Below are positions 63,791 to 64,000 of a DNA stretch of 64,000 bases, piece by piece. How positions within the stretch are numbered: position 1 is the first letter of the stretch; every line of letters begins with the position of its first letter. This stretch comes from Klebsormidium nitens (taxonomy: Eukaryota; Plantae; Klebsormidiophyceae), in the NCBI GenBank assembly GCA_000708835.1, contig DF237444.1, positions 4,217 through 68,216 of the forward strand. The letters are read 5' to 3'. The notes beneath the pieces were generated by a model that saw nothing but the letters and a program-made list of their open reading frames with translations, was not told the DNA's origin and made no database searches. The translations under genes and the position numbers were made by a program.

Positions 63791-64000
63791 GTTTCAGGGT
63801 TTTTCTCCAGAAAGTGACGACTCAGAGTTTGGGGGACGATTGAATGACACGTACTGCAGCTAGGGGATGCAGCGCATAGCTCCTTGCTCACTGCAAATTG
63901 CAATTGCCAATTCAACCTTGGCAATTGGAAAGTGAGTGCACTTGTCTCTGAGACGGTCCGCGGTCCCCCGGGCGCGGCCCCGGGCAATGCCACATGGGTG

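Overview
Intron-rich eukaryotic nuclear DNA (GT-AG introns, CTGAC/CTAAC-type branch points, GC3-rich exons). The gene set (chloroplast DVR, plant-type THO1, L46/DECOY, PUMY, plant C2HC zinc-finger protein) indicates a green plant; a streptophyte alga such as Klebsormidium is my inference. Most ORFs in the supplied track are exon fragments or antisense shadows, so genes were assembled by hand from splice sites. Left half: one minus-strand VPS13 lipid-transfer gene (about 60 exons, ~32.7 kb to the left edge, roughly 4,500-5,000 aa by estimate). It has an unusual hydrophobic helix before Chorein_N and a ~1,100-aa insert after the VAB domain carrying a coiled coil, a disordered region with an FFAT motif and two C2 domains. 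Right half: mitochondrial ribosomal protein L46 (+), THOC1 (+), pseudouridine-5'-phosphate glycosidase with a PTS2 (-), an FHA-RING E3 ligase of the RNF8/CHFR type that appears to splice into a C-terminal PARP-type zinc finger (+), a non-autonomous CACTA-like element, a BAP31-like ER protein (-), divinyl chlorophyllide 8-vinyl reductase (+) and a plant C2HC zinc-finger protein (-). Two divergent intergenic regions each hold an inverted-repeat-bounded element with central telomere-motif repeats. No rRNA, tRNA or CRISPR array was seen. All homology calls are from motif recognition, not database searches.
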